Below, piece after piece: positions 38,791 through 49,481 of a DNA stretch of 64,000 nt. Within the stretch, counting starts at the first letter, position 1, and the number at the start of each line of letters is the position of its first letter. The notes beneath the pieces were generated by a model. That model searched no databases. It was not told the origin of the DNA and worked only from the letters and a program-made list of their open reading frames with translations. The translations under genes were made by a program, and so were the position numbers. Source of the DNA: a virus (Duplodnaviria; Caudoviricetes); the IMG/VR virus record IMGVR_UViG_3300033067_000589, positions 1 through 64,000 of that record; one strand, written 5' to 3'.

Positions 38791-39184
38791 TGAAAATAAT
38801 GGCTCTTGGGTTGAACCAGCACATCGAGTTTTTCCTGCTGTTGAGCCAAGTATCGAAAAAAGAACTTTAGTATCTACAAAAGTTAAAGTTGCTAAGACAA
38901 TTAACGATGAGGTGTGTATTGATTGTTTGCAAGATGCAGATGTGGTTAATTGTCCACAAGGTACAACTCAAAAGTTAGTTCCTACTGGTGTTTCTTATTG
39001 CGAAGAGATAAATGGAGAGAGAACTGGATTTTCGATTACTGAGTATATTGATACGAATACTTGTTCTGCAACATTTGGTCAAAAATTTCCTATTAAGAAT
39101 CAATCAATAAACTGCGTGGTTAAATTGCCGATAACTATAAATGTTGTAAATTTAACGTGCGGTAGTGGATTGATTCCAGTTTAA
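38765..39184 (+). CDS. Cys-rich structural protein (likely start MSGNC at 38765)
   Basis: Multiple cysteines; CEE....TG......D.N.CS.TFGQ motif. Confidence 0.55.
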   Translation: MSGNCNPCNENNGSWVEPAHRVFPAVEPSIEKRTLVSTKVKVAKTINDEVCIDCLQDADVVNCPQGTTQKLVPTGVSYCEEINGERTGFSITEYIDTNTCSATFGQKFPIKNQSINCVVKLPITINVVNLTCGSGLIPV

Positions 39185-39195
39185 AATAACAAGAG

Positions 39196-39531
39196 ATGCT
39201 AAAAGAAATATTGTCCTTGATAAACTTGTCAGCAAGAGAAATTCTCTTGACTCTAAGTATAACCTTAAATGCTGGTCTTGTGATAGCTTATCACGATAAT
39301 TACAGCAAAAGAATTGAGGACATAAAGACATTAGAGAATCAAGTTAGAGCAAGGTACGAAAAGTCAATAGAAGAAATTACGATGTCAAACTCTAAACAAC
39401 TTATACGTTGTGCAGAAGAGAAAGAGGCAATACTTAGGTCTAGTTTAATTAAGATTGACTCGATTGAAAGAAAGACAATCGACTTGTACAGGAAGTATGA
39501 ACTTTTAAACAATAGCGTTAATAAGAGATGA
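39196..39531 (+). CDS. Membrane-anchored coiled-coil protein (holin/spanin-like?)
   Basis: One N-terminal TM segment followed by a coiled coil. Confidence 0.45.
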   Translation: MLKEILSLINLSAREILLTLSITLNAGLVIAYHDNYSKRIEDIKTLENQVRARYEKSIEEITMSNSKQLIRCAEEKEAILRSSLIKIDSIERKTIDLYRKYELLNNSVNKR

Positions 39532-39743
39532 GAAAAGTAGTCATTGTATCGGGTGTATTATTGGTGGTGCTTGTTGCCTCCACATCGACTGGGAAAAAAG
39601 AACCAGAAGAATTAATACGGATAAAAACAAGCATAGAAAACACCGAAAAAACACTCAGTAAAATAGACTCATTATCTATAATTGTTGAAGAAAACATTGC
39701 ACTAATTGAAAGAGATAGAGAACATACAGGAACTCAGGAATAG
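39528..39743 (+). CDS. Small signal/TM-bearing protein
   Basis: MRK followed by a hydrophobic stretch; overlaps the previous ORF. Confidence 0.5.
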   Translation: MRKVVIVSGVLLVVLVASTSTGKKEPEELIRIKTSIENTEKTLSKIDSLSIIVEENIALIERDREHTGTQE

Positions 39744-40092
39744 AAAGGGCGGAAAAAGCCTAGCTATTGTAAAGCTACTTGGAAAACAGGTGGTAGGAGA
39801 TGGCTATGCTGGTACTTTTTATTGGTGTTCAGAATGTACTCAAAGTGATGATGGCATAAGTATAATTAAAAGCAATTTATCAGATACTGGTAGGTGGATT
39901 AGGGCATCTCAAAACGAATATCTATCTGACATTTTTATAACTAATAATCAAGATATAACTCTTGAGCAAATATTCAACGCATTTAATGTAGAACTCAGGG
40001 ATGTAAACGAAAAAAGGCTAGGTTTTATTATTGATCCACACGCCAATTCTCCTGAGATAGAAATAACAATAACCAACCTAACTTGTATATGA
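39706..40092 (+). CDS. Tailspike N-terminal-like small protein
   Basis: GDG.AG.FYW......DDG..I......GRWIR motif. Confidence 0.55.
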   Translation: MKEIENIQELRNRKGGKSLAIVKLLGKQVVGDGYAGTFYWCSECTQSDDGISIIKSNLSDTGRWIRASQNEYLSDIFITNNQDITLEQIFNAFNVELRDVNEKRLGFIIDPHANSPEIEITITNLTCI

Positions 40093-40430
40093 AAGTAATA
40101 AATGTAGTTACTAGAGATAACTTAGGTAATACAATAAAGTTAGGTAGATTAACTTTAGGAAAGCTGGATGTAAATATAGATAATGAAACCATAGTTGTAA
40201 ATGCAAATGGCGAACTATCTGTAAAAGAAAATCTAAATTACCTAATGTATCAGAGTGTAGGTGAGCAGCAAACTTGGATAATTGAACATAACTTTGGAGA
40301 AAAGCCAATGGTTCAAGTGTACAACTTAGACAACAAGCAAGTGTGGGTAAGCCCAACACATACAAATGAAAATGTAGTACAGATAACTTTCGATAAACCA
40401 AGAGCTGGATATGCTCTTATAATAATATAG
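40089..40430 (+). CDS. Tail fibre-related small protein (likely start at 40089)
   Basis: ATGA overlap; 'NIDNETI' and 'WIIEHN.G..P.VQV' fibre motifs. Confidence 0.55.
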   Translation: MKVINVVTRDNLGNTIKLGRLTLGKLDVNIDNETIVVNANGELSVKENLNYLMYQSVGEQQTWIIEHNFGEKPMVQVYNLDNKQVWVSPTHTNENVVQITFDKPRAGYALIII

Positions 40431-40432
40431 AT

Positions 40433-41665
40433 ATGCCAATACCAGTTTTAGATAACATTGACTTATCCCAAAATCAAATAGTAAATGTCGTTGTACATAA
40501 AAACGGAGAATTTCCACTATCTCCAACCCCCATATCTGGTCAGATATTTTATAAGACTGGAGCTAACGAAGGCTTCTATTATTATGATGGAACTACTTGG
40601 AGGGGTGTCGGAGATATTACATCAGTAAATGCTACAAATGGAGGTGGTCTTACTGGTGGTGCAAATGCAGGAGATGTAAATCTTGTAGTGAATACTGATA
40701 ATACTACACTAGAAATAAACTCCGCCACTAATCAAGTAATAATTAAAGATGGTGGTGTATCTACTGTAAAGTTAGCAGATAATGCTGTTACTACTGTAAA
40801 GGTAAGTAACAACGCCATTACGCTTGCAAAAATACAACAAGTTCCAACAATGACCTTGGTTGGTAGGGTTACGGCAGGAACAGGAAATGTAGAGCAAGTT
40901 TCTATCATTACAGCAACCGATTTATCAGGGGCCAGTAATTCAAATTTAGCTACATCTCAAGCTGTAAAGACATACATAGATAATAGATTTTCTGGTATAG
41001 GTAGCCTTGTTGATGCTTATGTTCCAGCTACCAATTTTCCAACAAATCCACTAGGAACAAAAAAGGGAGACTACTGGTATGTAACAGGGAGTGGAACGGT
41101 ACAAGGTGTAGTTTTAAATAATGGTGATGTAATTATTGCAAATAAAGATGCAGCGTCTGTAACATCTTCTGCTGATTGGATATTTGTAGAATCGAACAGA
41201 GACCAAGCAACAACAACTGTATTGGGCGTAATTAGGCTTGCAACTCAAGCCGAGGTGAACGCAGGAACGGTGACTAATGCTGCCGTAGCTCCATCAACGC
41301 TTGTAGCGTACATTAATCAAAGGGTTGCTACTGAAACAATAACAGGTGTAGCTGAAATTGCGACAACAGCCGAAGTTACGGCAGGTACAGATAATACAAG
41401 GATAGTAACTCCATTAAAGCTAAAACAATATGTAGATTCAAGTGTACTTGCAAATAACGGAGTTGAGTTTCCGTCTGCATTAGCTAGTAGTGCCGTTATT
41501 ACCCATAACTTAAATACACTAAATTTGAATGTAGACATTTATAGAGTTTCTGATGGTGCTCAAATTTTAACTGGCGTAACTCTTAATACAGTAAATCAAG
41601 TTACAGTAAATTTTGGGTCTCCTCAAGCTATAAATTCATTTAGAATTGTAATAGGAAGAAGATAA
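40433..41665 (+). CDS. Tail fibre protein
   Basis: VTT.KLADNAVTT.K repeats and ATQAEV.AGT / ATTAEV.AGT fibre repeats. Confidence 0.8.
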   Translation: MPIPVLDNIDLSQNQIVNVVVHKNGEFPLSPTPISGQIFYKTGANEGFYYYDGTTWRGVGDITSVNATNGGGLTGGANAGDVNLVVNTDNTTLEINSATNQVIIKDGGVSTVKLADNAVTTVKVSNNAITLAKIQQVPTMTLVGRVTAGTGNVEQVSIITATDLSGASNSNLATSQAVKTYIDNRFSGIGSLVDAYVPATNFPTNPLGTKKGDYWYVTGSGTVQGVVLNNGDVIIANKDAASVTSSADWIFVESNRDQATTTVLGVIRLATQAEVNAGTVTNAAVAPSTLVAYINQRVATETITGVAEIATTAEVTAGTDNTRIVTPLKLKQYVDSSVLANNGVEFPSALASSAVITHNLNTLNLNVDIYRVSDGAQILTGVTLNTVNQVTVNFGSPQAINSFRIVIGRR

Positions 41666-41666
41666 T

Positions 41667-44600
41667 ATGTCAATACCATTATTAGATACATTTAACATTC
41701 CAACTGGAATACTTACTTCAACAACATCTGAGTTACTACTAGCTAGGGATACAGATGGTGATGTTAAGTTATTTAATGGTGCTTCTTATTTGAGAGGTAG
41801 TGGCACTGTAAATTATTTGCCTGTTTACTCTGCAACCAATACACTTGCAAGTAGTATATTACTCCAAACTGGTGGAAATATAGGAATTGGATTAACTACG
41901 AACATTGACCATAAGTTAAAAGTTGGTGGTGGTATTTATGGAGACTACTTACAGGTAAATACAGCTTATAGTAACGGAAATGTTCCGGGTAGGTTTTCTT
42001 GGGATTCTGACCATGATTTAATTGAGCTTGGTCTTAACAATCAATTTTCTGCAAAGTTACCTCAAGATGAAGTTTGGTCATGTATTGCTGCTACTACTAT
42101 AACAAAAGGACAGCTTGTTTACGCTAGTGGAACAGTAGGAAGCTCTGGTAAGATACAAGCAACTCCTTTTATTGCAGATGGCACTATACCAGCAAGATTT
42201 TTAATTGGTGTTGCCACTGAAAACGCAGCACAGGGCGAATCTTTCCATGCAATGAGGTCTGGTATATTAAGAGGCATAAATACCTTTATGTACACAGAAG
42301 GTCAAGATTTGTGGGCATCTATAACAACAATAGGCGGTTACCAAACCACTGCGCCAGTAGCACCTAATCAAAAGTTATCGGTTGCTTTTGTAGTTGCAAG
42401 CCACGCTCAGAACGGAGAATTAGCTATACGTATTAACAATGGATTTGAATTAGGTGGAGCTAGTGATGCACAAATTACATCACCAACTACGAATCAATTA
42501 CTTAGGTATAATAGTAATCGTTGGGAGAATTGGACACATAATTTTGTTAGTTTGTCCGTAAATGGTACAGTAAATAGGATAGCTAAGTTTACAGGTGCTA
42601 CTACTTTAGGAAATAGTTTAATTCAAGACGATGGTACAAATGTATTGATTTTTGGCAATATAGGAATAGGTGCGAGTGCTAATAGTGCTATATCTTTAAA
42701 TTTAAGGAGAGATTTAATAGGTAGTGGTACGTTTGGTATCCTAAACGCATCAGGGGGGTTTGAGAACGGTTCTGATAATATTGGTATAGACAACGAATTT
42801 AGAATAAACTCTAATATAGGTATAAGTAGTTATATTGCATTTAGGTCAAGGAATACAACAATACCCTCTGGGGCAACGAATCAGCTTTATGTTGGATTTC
42901 AAAACTTAAATATAGCCTTTGCTGCTGCTAGTACAGTTTATTCTTTTCAAGGGCAAGTTTCGTCAGGCACAAATCGTTGGAACTTGTACATGGACGGTAC
43001 GGCTATAAACTACCTAAGAGGAGGTTTGCTGCTTAACACTACATCAAATACAGGCGAACAATTAATAGTTAATGGTAACGCAAAAATCACTACAATGGCT
43101 ACCGGTACAAGTACTGATGAAGTTGTAACAGTAACAAGTTCGGGTGTTTTAAATAAAAGAACAGTAACTGCCTTACTTAGTGATATAAATGGTATAACAG
43201 GAACAGGAACTACAAATAGGATAGCTAAGTTTACAGGTGCTACTACTTTAGGAGATAGTTTAATTCAAGATGATGCTAATCGTGTAGGTATAGGTGCGTT
43301 ATTTACTAACACGAGTTTAAATATAGCACTCGGGTTAAGTCAAACTAATAGTATAGGATTACTTCAACGTGGTACGGTTTCTATTGTATCTGGAGGTGAT
43401 GTTATTGGTGTATATAATCAATCAAACATTTCTTCATCTGTAACAAGTGGTAATTATACTCATTTCGCAGCAATACAAGGGAGTGTTACTGGTGCATCTT
43501 TAACAAATCAAACTGGATTCTTAGCAGGATTTAATCTAAATCTAGGAACTAATAATTATGGATTTAGAGGTTTACTTTCATCTGCAACTGGCCGTTGGAA
43601 TTTGTATATGGATGGTACAGCTAGTAATTATTTAGCAGGAAGATTAGTTATTGGTACTTTAGTTGATTTTGGTTTAAATACTGATAATGGTCTAAGATTG
43701 GCTGCATTAAGAAATCACGTAACTCCATCAACCAGCGGAATAAGCATAGATACGGTTGGTGTATTTTCAAACAACGCATCAACTAATGGTAACGCTACTG
43801 TTTCTATATTATCAAGGTCATCAGGAACTCAACGATTAAATTTTGGAAATCAACTTGTAGAAAGTGCATCATTTATATCTTCCGTCTTGGGTGATTTAAG
43901 ATTTGGAACAGGAAGTGGATCGGTAGATGCTGTCGAAAGAATGAGGTTATTAGCAAGTGGATCTTTAGGGTTAGGAACTACATCTCCAATCTCTTTGCTT
44001 GAGTTATCTAATGATTCTAGTGGTAGTATAATAAAACTCACAAGACCAACATTAGCATCAAACAATCTAGGTGTTGGTGCTATTTCATTTGGTGATAGCA
44101 CTGGATATAAAGCAGCAATAACGTCAAGGGTGTCAGCTACAAATATGCAAGACCTTAGATTTCATACTGGAACAGCAAATGCCTCGGTTTATAATGTTTC
44201 AGAGAGGATGAGGATAGAATCTAATGGTAATCTACTCATTGGTCTTACTATTGATGGTGGTCAGTTATTGCAAGTTGGTGGTTCAATAAGACAAACTTCC
44301 GTAACAAATAATCTTTTATTTGCCGATTCAAATGGTGTACTTACAGGATATGCAAATACAGCAAGTATAGCACTAGGCACAGGAACTGGCGGATATATAG
44401 TCAGGTATTCTGGTACTGGTGTAACTCAAAACATCGGCAATTCAGCATTATTTCAATCCGGTAGCAATATAGGGTTAGGTAAAACAAATCCCGGTTATAC
44501 ATTTGATGTGAATGGAGATATTGGGGTGTCAGGTACTTTATCTGTCTATTCTGGTGCATCTAGCGTTAGTATAGTATCTAGTATACAGGGGGTTATATCT

Positions 44601-45044
44601 ACTTATATCAATAACTCTATTAATGTTTTTGGTGATACTAATTCATTTATAATAAGTAATTCCAATTCCTTACCTAGTGGTGGTTCTGGTTATAGGGTAC
44701 AAATAGATTCTGGTACAACAGGAGGTAATGGTCTTTTTGTGAGGGGAAATATTTACTCAACTGCTACGATTACATCATTCTCTGATATTCGACTAAAAAG
44801 TGAACTAGAAAGAATAGAAAATGCCATTGATAAGATAAAGAAAATTAGTGGTTATACCTATTTATTTAATGATAAGAAAACACTGGGCCTTATATCTCAA
44901 GAAGTGAAAAATATAGCACCAGAAGCTATTGAAGAAAAAGGTGGATATATGACACTGAACTATCAAGGCTTCTCTGCTGTAATTGTAGAAGCAATCAAAG
45001 AATTGTCTAGTGAAATTCAAAAATTGAAAGAGAAATGCCAATAA
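41667..45044 (+). CDS. Long tail fibre with C-terminal peptidase S74 intramolecular chaperone
   Basis: G/T/N-rich repeats, ERMR motifs, terminal FSDIRLK...GLISQEV..IAPEA. Confidence 0.88.
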   Translation: MSIPLLDTFNIPTGILTSTTSELLLARDTDGDVKLFNGASYLRGSGTVNYLPVYSATNTLASSILLQTGGNIGIGLTTNIDHKLKVGGGIYGDYLQVNTAYSNGNVPGRFSWDSDHDLIELGLNNQFSAKLPQDEVWSCIAATTITKGQLVYASGTVGSSGKIQATPFIADGTIPARFLIGVATENAAQGESFHAMRSGILRGINTFMYTEGQDLWASITTIGGYQTTAPVAPNQKLSVAFVVASHAQNGELAIRINNGFELGGASDAQITSPTTNQLLRYNSNRWENWTHNFVSLSVNGTVNRIAKFTGATTLGNSLIQDDGTNVLIFGNIGIGASANSAISLNLRRDLIGSGTFGILNASGGFENGSDNIGIDNEFRINSNIGISSYIAFRSRNTTIPSGATNQLYVGFQNLNIAFAAASTVYSFQGQVSSGTNRWNLYMDGTAINYLRGGLLLNTTSNTGEQLIVNGNAKITTMATGTSTDEVVTVTSSGVLNKRTVTALLSDINGITGTGTTNRIAKFTGATTLGDSLIQDDANRVGIGALFTNTSLNIALGLSQTNSIGLLQRGTVSIVSGGDVIGVYNQSNISSSVTSGNYTHFAAIQGSVTGASLTNQTGFLAGFNLNLGTNNYGFRGLLSSATGRWNLYMDGTASNYLAGRLVIGTLVDFGLNTDNGLRLAALRNHVTPSTSGISIDTVGVFSNNASTNGNATVSILSRSSGTQRLNFGNQLVESASFISSVLGDLRFGTGSGSVDAVERMRLLASGSLGLGTTSPISLLELSNDSSGSIIKLTRPTLASNNLGVGAISFGDSTGYKAAITSRVSATNMQDLRFHTGTANASVYNVSERMRIESNGNLLIGLTIDGGQLLQVGGSIRQTSVTNNLLFADSNGVLTGYANTASIALGTGTGGYIVRYSGTGVTQNIGNSALFQSGSNIGLGKTNPGYTFDVNGDIGVSGTLSVYSGASSVSIVSSIQGVISTYINNSINVFGDTNSFIISNSNSLPSGGSGYRVQIDSGTTGGNGLFVRGNIYSTATITSFSDIRLKSELERIENAIDKIKKISGYTYLFNDKKTLGLISQEVKNIAPEAIEEKGGYMTLNYQGFSAVIVEAIKELSSEIQKLKEKCQ
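42572..43275 (+). repeat. 62-bp direct repeat pair (42572-42633 and 43214-43275), 60/62 identical, in frame
   Basis: Both encode NRIAKFTGATTLG(N/D)SLIQDD; spacing 642 nt. Confidence 0.9.
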
Positions 45045-48000
45045 CACAAGCACCAAACGAGATACGCACTATTGATATATTAAGAGAGCTTGGTTATACA
45101 AATCCAAATATTGATATATCTAAAAAGATAGAATTGGATTTAAGATTAAATGGAAGCATTATTGAGGTAAAAGTAGAAGATGTATTTATTCCATTAAATA
45201 TGTGTTCCACTTTTCTTCCAGACCCAAACAAACCGCATGAATTAGAACACTGGTATGGATATGATCATTTAGAGGTTGGTGATTGTTGTGGTGTGTATGA
45301 CCCACTAACAAACTCAAATTTTGGAAAGATACCAACAGGAGATAGGGTTATTGTGAATAGCGACAAATCTGTTACATTTTATGATTTAGGTAGTAACCCT
45401 AGAATCGACCCATATAAGACACCATCTATAAATGGTATGTCGTTAAATCCTGCTGTTTTATCGACAGAATTTAATGGATTCTATGAATTTCCGAATACAA
45501 GATTTTCATCAGAGCCTACTCTTATTTGTAATACAAGTCAAATGATGACGGTGTATGCTGAATCTGAAAATATCCTTACCAATTCATTAACTAAATTATA
45601 TAGAAAGTCTGGCTCTTCCCTAGTTCCATTAACAGGAACGACACAATATAGATACGTAAGAATTGGTAATTATGTGTATGTAGTGGATTTTAATAGTACA
45701 GGTAATGTACTTATTCGAGATAATACTATCTCCTGTGGAAACCCATCTACGCCAGAAGTTAATGATATAGGATTGCCAGCACCTTTTTTTGGTAAGGATT
45801 ACCAAATAGTAAAGGTATCATTTAAGTCAAGTATAACATCTGTTGGTGAGTGGTTCATGTTTTTTGTAGGTAAAGATTCTAACAATAATCAACTAACAGG
45901 AAGTGTACAAAGAACCCAAGCATTAGAAGCTCAATATAGGGAATTTACATTTGATATGTCAAATACTCCTAATTGGAACAATGCCATTATAGAGAATGTT
46001 TATTTTCTATTTCTTCGGTCATCTATGTTTGACTTGTCACTAAAGAACTTTACAATATGTTCAAAAGATGGATTAAAAGCATTTAGTGGAGTTAGATTAG
46101 GTACTGAAATTACAATACCGGAGCAGTGGTTAAGAAATAGTCAATTTCAAGGTTCTGTAAGTGTAACCAATACTGGTAATCAAAACACATCAGGAACAAT
46201 AACTATAAAGGTTTATTTTCCTAGTTCAAATATAACTTACGTAGCAACTACAACAAGTGGGTACACATATAGTTTCGCATCAAACGTACTTACAATTACC
46301 ACTACAAATGTCATACAGATAGGGCAAATTGTTAATATCCCAATCAATATGACTTCTTCCGTAGAGGGAATATACACTCTTTACTCAAAAGTATATGGAG
46401 GTGGTGATTTAGTAAGTACAAACGAAACGAATGGAGCTAGGAGTAAGGATAAACAAATACAAATATTTGCTACCCTCCCATGTGTTCCTATAAATTCAGT
46501 AGAAATACAAGGTCAAAATATAGTTGATTTTGATTCGCTTCAAACATATAATGTATTTTACTCTGGTGGTAATTATGCACCAACAATTCTTTGGTCAGTA
46601 GTTGGTGGAACTATTGTAGGGTCAAATAATGGAAATCAAGTTTCAATAAGGTGGAATCTGAATCCAGCCACATCAGGTAGTGTATCTGTAAGATTAGATA
46701 ATCAATGTACCACAAATCTAAACACAACATTATCGGTAACTAGAAGATCTTATGGAAATGATTATCAAGTAAGAACTTCTGTTAAAAATAACTGTCCAGT
46801 TGGGCAGTTTGGCACAGCATATACAACAGAGGTGCAAGCTAATACCTATTTTGCAAAAACAAAACAAGAAGCAAATGATTTAGCTATTGCTTTTTTAAAC
46901 GCAAATAGCCAAACAAATGCGAATAACTTTGGTACTTGTATTATTGGGTGTAATAATATTACGAATGTAACAATAAGTGGAAGTACTACGGTAGGTTGGC
47001 AAGCATCGGCAGTATATACTGCAACTGTTACAGGGGGCACTGGGGTGAAATACGAATGGAGTGTAACTAATGGTGTAGTTACAGGTGGACAGGGCACGAG
47101 TAGTGCTACTATACTTTTCAATTTTAATGCTTCTGGAGCTTCATTTTCTAATGCAGTGGTAACTGTTCGTGCTTTTCAAGATTGCAATTCTTCTGAAAGA
47201 AGTACTCAAAGGACTGTGAGTCCAATATTATTTACAGCTAGTGACACAAGAACCTTGAGTAAGAATAATTGCCCAACCAACTTCGAGTCAGCATCAACAA
47301 AAGAATATTTTGGACAAGTATCTTCCGCTATAAGTCAGCAAACAGCCAATGAGGCATTAAATATATTATTTGCAACTACGCTTCAAGATTTAGCTAACAC
47401 AGAGCTTACTTGTCGTCAAAGTGTATTCTTTAATGCACAGGCATCAAGAACCTACACAAAGACTTGTCCTAGCGGATATACTCCATCGCAGCAATCATAT
47501 ACTCATATTGTTCCAGCAGGTAAATATAGTGCGCCTACTCAAGCAGGTGCAGATGCTCTAGCTACGGCTGAGTTGGATAGTATTGATGTAAACCAATATA
47601 TTTCATGTGTGTTTACCGGTACGGTTACGGCAAGCGCGTCTATCCGAGAAATTAATGTATTTGCAGGAAATCCAACGGCATCTAACTTTATTAGAGTTGA
47701 TGTGTTTATATCAAATGGTTTAGGTTTTGTGTCAAGTGTAAATATGTTTGATACGTCTAACAATCAAATGGTGGCATCTGGCTCTCCATCATCCAGTTTG
47801 ATACTCACGCACAATGGGGCCGTCTCTGTTTTAACTACACCCGGAACGTCCATATTTAAAGAATATAGGGTGGACATGGGATTGACTGGTGGAGGTACAA
47901 TAAGTGTATTTGCAAGTGCAGTAATAACGAATAAAGATTATTCAAATGGATACGCCATTACCTATGGTTATCAAAATAGAAGAAATCCATTATTAGGGCA

Positions 48001-48445
48001 ACCTAGAAGATTATTGACCATAAGAATATCACCTCCTTTGTACTTTTACGAGCAATCACTTAATTTTTATTTAGGATTTATACGATGGAGAATTGGTACA
48101 TCTGGTGCTTGGAATAATTTTACTAGGATATTGTCAAGTGGCGTAGGTGCTCCAGAATTGACAAATGCGCCTATTGTGTCATTATTGGGAAATACAGGAA
48201 ATTTAGTTGATATTCGTAATGTAACTACGATGGCAACAGATTCTGGGTCTGGACTACCATTAGAATTTGTAAGAATAGTTTTGACAGGAGAGGTGCTGGA
48301 TTCTGATTTACCAACTTATCAAAATATAAATTTGGAGATAAGGTATTTAACTCAAGTGTCATCAAGTTCATCTAAGGCTCACTATACGGCACTTTCACCA
48401 CCATTTATTTACAGCGTAAATTACACAGATATAGATTTAGGATAA
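45035..48445 (+). CDS. Multi-domain adhesin/fibre with Ig/PKD-like and DUF5977-like repeats
   Basis: Two 'Y....GG....W.V.GG...G' PKD-like units and three 'KN.CP......V.A..Y.....Q..A...A' units. Confidence 0.7.
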   Translation: MPITQAPNEIRTIDILRELGYTNPNIDISKKIELDLRLNGSIIEVKVEDVFIPLNMCSTFLPDPNKPHELEHWYGYDHLEVGDCCGVYDPLTNSNFGKIPTGDRVIVNSDKSVTFYDLGSNPRIDPYKTPSINGMSLNPAVLSTEFNGFYEFPNTRFSSEPTLICNTSQMMTVYAESENILTNSLTKLYRKSGSSLVPLTGTTQYRYVRIGNYVYVVDFNSTGNVLIRDNTISCGNPSTPEVNDIGLPAPFFGKDYQIVKVSFKSSITSVGEWFMFFVGKDSNNNQLTGSVQRTQALEAQYREFTFDMSNTPNWNNAIIENVYFLFLRSSMFDLSLKNFTICSKDGLKAFSGVRLGTEITIPEQWLRNSQFQGSVSVTNTGNQNTSGTITIKVYFPSSNITYVATTTSGYTYSFASNVLTITTTNVIQIGQIVNIPINMTSSVEGIYTLYSKVYGGGDLVSTNETNGARSKDKQIQIFATLPCVPINSVEIQGQNIVDFDSLQTYNVFYSGGNYAPTILWSVVGGTIVGSNNGNQVSIRWNLNPATSGSVSVRLDNQCTTNLNTTLSVTRRSYGNDYQVRTSVKNNCPVGQFGTAYTTEVQANTYFAKTKQEANDLAIAFLNANSQTNANNFGTCIIGCNNITNVTISGSTTVGWQASAVYTATVTGGTGVKYEWSVTNGVVTGGQGTSSATILFNFNASGASFSNAVVTVRAFQDCNSSERSTQRTVSPILFTASDTRTLSKNNCPTNFESASTKEYFGQVSSAISQQTANEALNILFATTLQDLANTELTCRQSVFFNAQASRTYTKTCPSGYTPSQQSYTHIVPAGKYSAPTQAGADALATAELDSIDVNQYISCVFTGTVTASASIREINVFAGNPTASNFIRVDVFISNGLGFVSSVNMFDTSNNQMVASGSPSSSLILTHNGAVSVLTTPGTSIFKEYRVDMGLTGGGTISVFASAVITNKDYSNGYAITYGYQNRRNPLLGQPRRLLTIRISPPLYFYEQSLNFYLGFIRWRIGTSGAWNNFTRILSSGVGAPELTNAPIVSLLGNTGNLVDIRNVTTMATDSGSGLPLEFVRIVLTGEVLDSDLPTYQNINLEIRYLTQVSSSSSKAHYTALSPPFIYSVNYTDIDLG

Positions 48446-48447
48446 TT

Positions 48448-48816
48448 ATGGAAAAGAACTTAGAATTAAGTCAGGACTTTGTAGTCCAGTTGAAGCCAAA
48501 TAGACTTTTTATAAAAGCTATTGGTGATGTATCAGGAAGTCAAACTCAAGTATATTATAAATTAATATACGACCATTATGAGAACGAACCGCAACAAGTT
48601 CCAACTGAACAAGAAGATGGTAGTATTATTATGCAAGGTAGTCAAGAAGAAAATCTTGTACTAAGATATTCTATTACATTGTTTGAGGGCAATCAAACAA
48701 TACCTACTGAGTATTGGATACCATTACTTATGGGAGATAAGGAAACGATAAATCAAATACTCTCAGGATTTACTTGGTATGGGCCATTTGAAGGACTTGT
48801 TTTACAGGTAAAATAA
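48448..48816 (+). CDS. Fibre-associated protein, paralogue of 788..1180
   Basis: Position after the adhesin and shared motifs. Confidence 0.5.
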   Translation: MEKNLELSQDFVVQLKPNRLFIKAIGDVSGSQTQVYYKLIYDHYENEPQQVPTEQEDGSIIMQGSQEENLVLRYSITLFEGNQTIPTEYWIPLLMGDKETINQILSGFTWYGPFEGLVLQVK

Positions 48817-48849
48817 CAATATATTTGAAGTGAAATAAACACACTAAAT

Positions 48850-49257
48850 ATGACTAACAAGGAAGCAATTAGATTAAGAAGTGCACTCGTTGCAATCGAG
48901 AGAGATTATTTCTCGGAAAAACCAAAGTATTTGGATTTAAAAAAAGAGTTTATCTCTAAGGTGATAGATAACAATATGAAGTTATCTAAGCTAGAGGAGG
49001 AAGCTCAGGCCATTGTAACAAAATGGAGAAAGATTTTCTTAAAGGAGCATGGATATTCAGAGGAAAGGCTACAAGAGCGAGATGTATTATCTCAATTTAC
49101 CTTATTCTTAGATAGTGACGGATTACCAAAAGAAGAGCTTGAAAAATTTGACAAAGCACCATACAAGGTAAAGTTAGACAAGTTCGAGAAGTCTGACTTA
49201 AATGGCGTAATCCTCCCTTCTGACATTAGAGTCATATTAGAGTCAGTAACCGTTTAA
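48850..49257 (+). CDS. Helical protein, possible fibre assembly chaperone
   Basis: 135 aa, charged and helical, at the end of the fibre cluster. Confidence 0.45.
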   Translation: MTNKEAIRLRSALVAIERDYFSEKPKYLDLKKEFISKVIDNNMKLSKLEEEAQAIVTKWRKIFLKEHGYSEERLQERDVLSQFTLFLDSDGLPKEELEKFDKAPYKVKLDKFEKSDLNGVILPSDIRVILESVTV

Positions 49258-49269
49258 TTATTATATATT

Positions 49270-49398
49270 ATGATGAAAGGTGGTAAAGGTGGGAAAATGG
49301 ATAAGATGAAAGGTCTTCCAAAAGGATTAAAAGAAGCTATGATGAAAAAGTCTGGCGGAAAAAAGATGGCAGCTAAAAAAGGCAAAAAATCTTATTAA
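49270..49398 (+). CDS. 42-aa Lys/Gly/Met-rich basic peptide (not in ORF track)
   Basis: MMKGGKGGKMDKMKGLPKGLKEAMMKKSGGKKMAAKKGKKSY, translated by hand; followed by a terminator. Confidence 0.65.
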   Translation: MMKGGKGGKMDKMKGLPKGLKEAMMKKSGGKKMAAKKGKKSY

Positions 49399-49412
49399 TC
49401 TAACTCACAGAT

Positions 49413-49451
49413 AAAAATGATAGAGATGTAAAAAGTTTCTATCATTTTTTT
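49413..49451 (+). terminator. Intrinsic terminator, followed by a TATTTTTG promoter box at 49455-49462
   Basis: AAAAATGATAGA...TCTATCATTTTT stem plus T run. Confidence 0.75.
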
Positions 49452-49481
49452 TTGTATTTTTGATTCAAATGATTATTAACT

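Noticed and set aside
42572-43275. Diversity-generating retroelement template/variable repeat
   Set aside because: Both copies are in frame in one ORF, the two mismatches are not adenine-specific, and no reverse transcriptase is present in the window.
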